DNA of 63,726 nt, counting the filler, from Choristocarpus tenellus KU-1152 (Eukaryota; Protista; Phaeophyceae): the NCBI GenBank assembly GCA_964200185.2. It is 11 parts of 11 records of this genome, joined end to end, with 100 filler letters (N's around TTAATTAATTAA, not from the genome) between each part and the next. Parts side by side here need not be neighbours in the genome. Positions count along the whole stretch, not along the records: positions 60,916 to 63,726 come from CAXNAD020024545.1; 10 more parts are not named here. The stretch is one strand, 5' to 3'. The position numbers and the translations under genes are program-made. Of this stretch, positions 61,057 through 63,726 are shown piece by piece. Every line of letters starts with the position of its first letter. The first letter of the stretch is position 1. The notes under the pieces are model-generated. The model searched no databases, was not told the origin of the DNA, and worked only from the letters and a program-made list of their open reading frames with translations.

Positions 61057-63726
61057 CCCTAACCCTAACCCCTAAACCTATTGATACCATTCCGCACTGT
61101 TGAACATACAGTACAGATAGATGTTTACCCGGAGAGTGCCAGAGTAATATTATCGAGAGAATGAACAAATTTACATAAAAAATAAATAAATCTTACATTT
61201 AAAATTTAAAATCTAAAATATATTACTCCAATTTCTCACAATAATCTCTTTCTTACTTGCTCTTTAGTACTTTCAGAGCGGCGACAAAACCCCCCCAACA
61301 AACGACATTTGGTGTAGAAAACCTCTATCACCCCACGTATTCCCATCACCCCCTCCCATTGCGTATGCAAGCAATCATCAACAGCGACCATTATTATCAA
61401 CAATATATTATTTTTTATATATATTTATTGTATTAAAAATATATATAAAAAAAGAAACGAAAAAAAAAATCGCGGTCTGCCCACCCCCCTCGTCACATCT
61501 TCTCATCAAACAAAACAAAAGTTTTGAGGATGGAAGGCAGTAAAAAAGGGTTAGGTTTAGGTTTAGGGTTAGGGATAAGCAGATTGTAGTCAACACATTG
61601 CACACACGAGCAAAATCAGTAGAAAGGGCCGATCAACACTCCAAACACGCCATCCCAATTATCCTTAAATTCAAATTGAACTACCCATTTCAAACAACTG
61701 ATCAGACTGGCTCTAAAAAATAAAATAAAATAAAATAGGTAATAAAGATGTGCAGTGACATACACCTACAACAATGTTCAAACTGCACTCCTACAAAGTA
61801 GAGTAAAATCCAATAATAATACTAATACTAAACAATAATCACCACACATGAGACCAAAACAAACACCTCAATCAGTGATAAATCACCTCCTCTCTCCCTC
61901 CCTTCTTCCCTCCCTCCCCCCTCCCTCCCCCCCCCCCCCAGCAGCTGCTATTTTTCTAATACATTGCACGAGAGCCAATGTAGTAAAATAAAAAATAAGA
62001 TGTATGTACATAAAAAGCAAAAAGAGTTACAAAAAAAGAAAGTAAAAAAAAGGAAGCAAGGAGTCGCACAATATATATGGTGTGTGTGTGTACAACTAAT
62101 GTGTGTGTTAAGGGGGGGGGAGGAAGGTATACAATCTTCACCTTCACATGTTGAGTTCGCTCCAGCAGGCGCTCAAATAGCTCACGAGCATTTTCTGACT
62201 CATTGTTCTCTGCCTGATATACAAGAAAAAAATTCAAAAAGGAGTTGCAGGTTGTGGGAGGCGTAATCCACGCACAATTTTCACCCTCCACCGAACACTT
62301 CCGAGGATCACATTCTATTTTTATTTTTTAAGAGTGGGACTTCAAAAAAAGATGAAAAATCTCACAAGAACAACTTAAAAAAAAGAAGAAAAAGGACAGT
62401 AGTGTATTTTCTGATTCGTCTTTTTCTTCATCGTGCGTTCTAGACGCAAAACTAGGGTTAGGGTTAGGGTTAGAGAGAGAGAGAGAGAGAGTTGACACCC
62501 CTGCAGGGTAGGAAGGTACCTCTACCAGGGTATGATGCAATAGGGTTCATAAAGGTGTATGTTAAAATATATTTTGATTTATTTTATTTCATTTGATTTA
62601 ATATCTACGATCAGTTGAGGAGTACATGTACGAATCCAGCAAAACCCCCAAACCAAATACTAAAGGAAATAAAAAACGCCCCCCTGGCATTTAGAACACC
62701 TGCCAGTCGTCAGTTATCTCTTACCTCATATGCACAGGTAGATACATACAGATATTTTTAAATTTTCGGCTAGATTTTTTTTTTCTCCCAATGGCAGTTA
62801 CGCTCTTACAGCCATCTGGCAGTTTCACTTCTAGCGACAGTTACGCCTACATTCTATGCAATCGTATCATCCAGATCAGATCAGATCAAATCAAACAGAG
62901 AGACGGGTTTGGTTGACCCTGTTTTCCTCATGGTCGTAGTGAGAAGTGATAGTACATGAGCATTAACATTTACAAGTACTGTTATTTTCTTTTTGGTACA
63001 GTAGAATTTAACCTTTAGAAATATATATATATATATATGTGTGTATGTCTCAATTTGGTCCCAATGGAATACAAAATCGATAACACACCCTGGTAAAACA
63101 AAATCGATTGGAGCAACTCCAAAACAGATGGACCTTAGTTTAAATCCATACAGAGCAGATCAAATACTGTGTTTTGTATCTCTAGTTCACAGGTACTTGA
63201 GTCCGTTCCAGGAAATTCACCCCCCCCTCCTCCCTCTCCCCCCCCCCCCCTCTTCTTTTCTTCCTCCCCCCCCACCCCNNNNNNNNNNAAACACGAAAAC
63301 AAAAACCTTTTTTTGTTCTTCCTTTTACCGTGAACTTAGGACCCTTCATATAACTCTCCCCCCCCCCCCCCCCCCCCCCCCCCTGGTGAATAATCTGGGC
63401 CCCCCAGAACAGCCCCTATACAAATTACCCTAACCCTAACCCTAATTTGAGACTGCATAGTAGATAACACCAAAACAAAGTATCAAAACACCAAACCCTA
63501 ACCCTAACCCTAATGAGAGGTTCTTTTCGATTCAATTTAAGAGCAATAAATATCTTTTTTTTTTTCCCACTGAAATAAATAAAAATTAAAGTTCTTCCCC
63601 TTTTCCCCTGGAAACTTCCATAATACACACAACTAGTTAATACTTAACATTTGGAGAGAGCACCAAAAAAATGGACATACAAATATTTTTATCAGTAATA
63701 TAGTTAACAACAGCAAGGGTAGGGGG
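61057..63726. repeat. Scattered short telomere-like (TTAGGG/CCCTAA)n tracts
   Basis: Tracts of 2-4 units at ~61057-61080, 61548-61574, 62453-62473, 63427-63445, 63495-63513 and the window end, in both orientations; also 24105-24123. Confidence 0.75.
62142..62213 (-). CDS. CRNKL1: Internal exon of crooked-neck-like (CRNKL1/Clf1/Syf3) HAT-repeat splicing factor
   Basis: 72-bp exon, polypyrimidine-cag|...|gtgaag, reading AENNESENARELFERLLERTQHVK. This resembles the conserved C-terminal HAT motif R.L(Y/F)ERLL.RTQHVK(VW). Confidence 0.65.

Overview
Eukaryotic, intron-rich, repeat-rich nuclear DNA. It consists of 11 contigs joined by ten artificial 100-bp linkers (N44-TTAATTAATTAA-N44), so adjacency across linkers is not proven. 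TTAGGG-type repeats, gene structure and element types are consistent with a stramenopile/brown-alga-like genome (inference only). Host genes I could reconstruct by hand are: a multi-exon calpain-like gene whose catalytic Cys and His are replaced (21335-32408, -), a 7-exon SASA/CE6-type acetylesterase (33053-36784, -), an APH/choline-kinase-like phosphotransferase with one in-frame TAG (48496-50137, +), one crooked-neck (CRNKL1/Clf1)-like exon, and two uncharacterised genes. The dominant signal is a DNA-transposon system. There are nine full ~260-bp MITEs with GAGTCAAAGTATCTTAGAGGGTA terminal inverted repeats and 4-bp target duplications, two sibling MITE families sharing the same termini, and a degenerate, intron-containing Sola-like DDD transposase (VDNCxxENKN...HTHxxIDQxFS) that the ORF track does not show. 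Relics of RLE-type and APE-type non-LTR retrotransposons, a pogo/Tigger 5' fragment, probable Copia-like decay and a 57-bp frame-preserving minisatellite fill the rest. All family assignments come from remembered motifs, not database searches.
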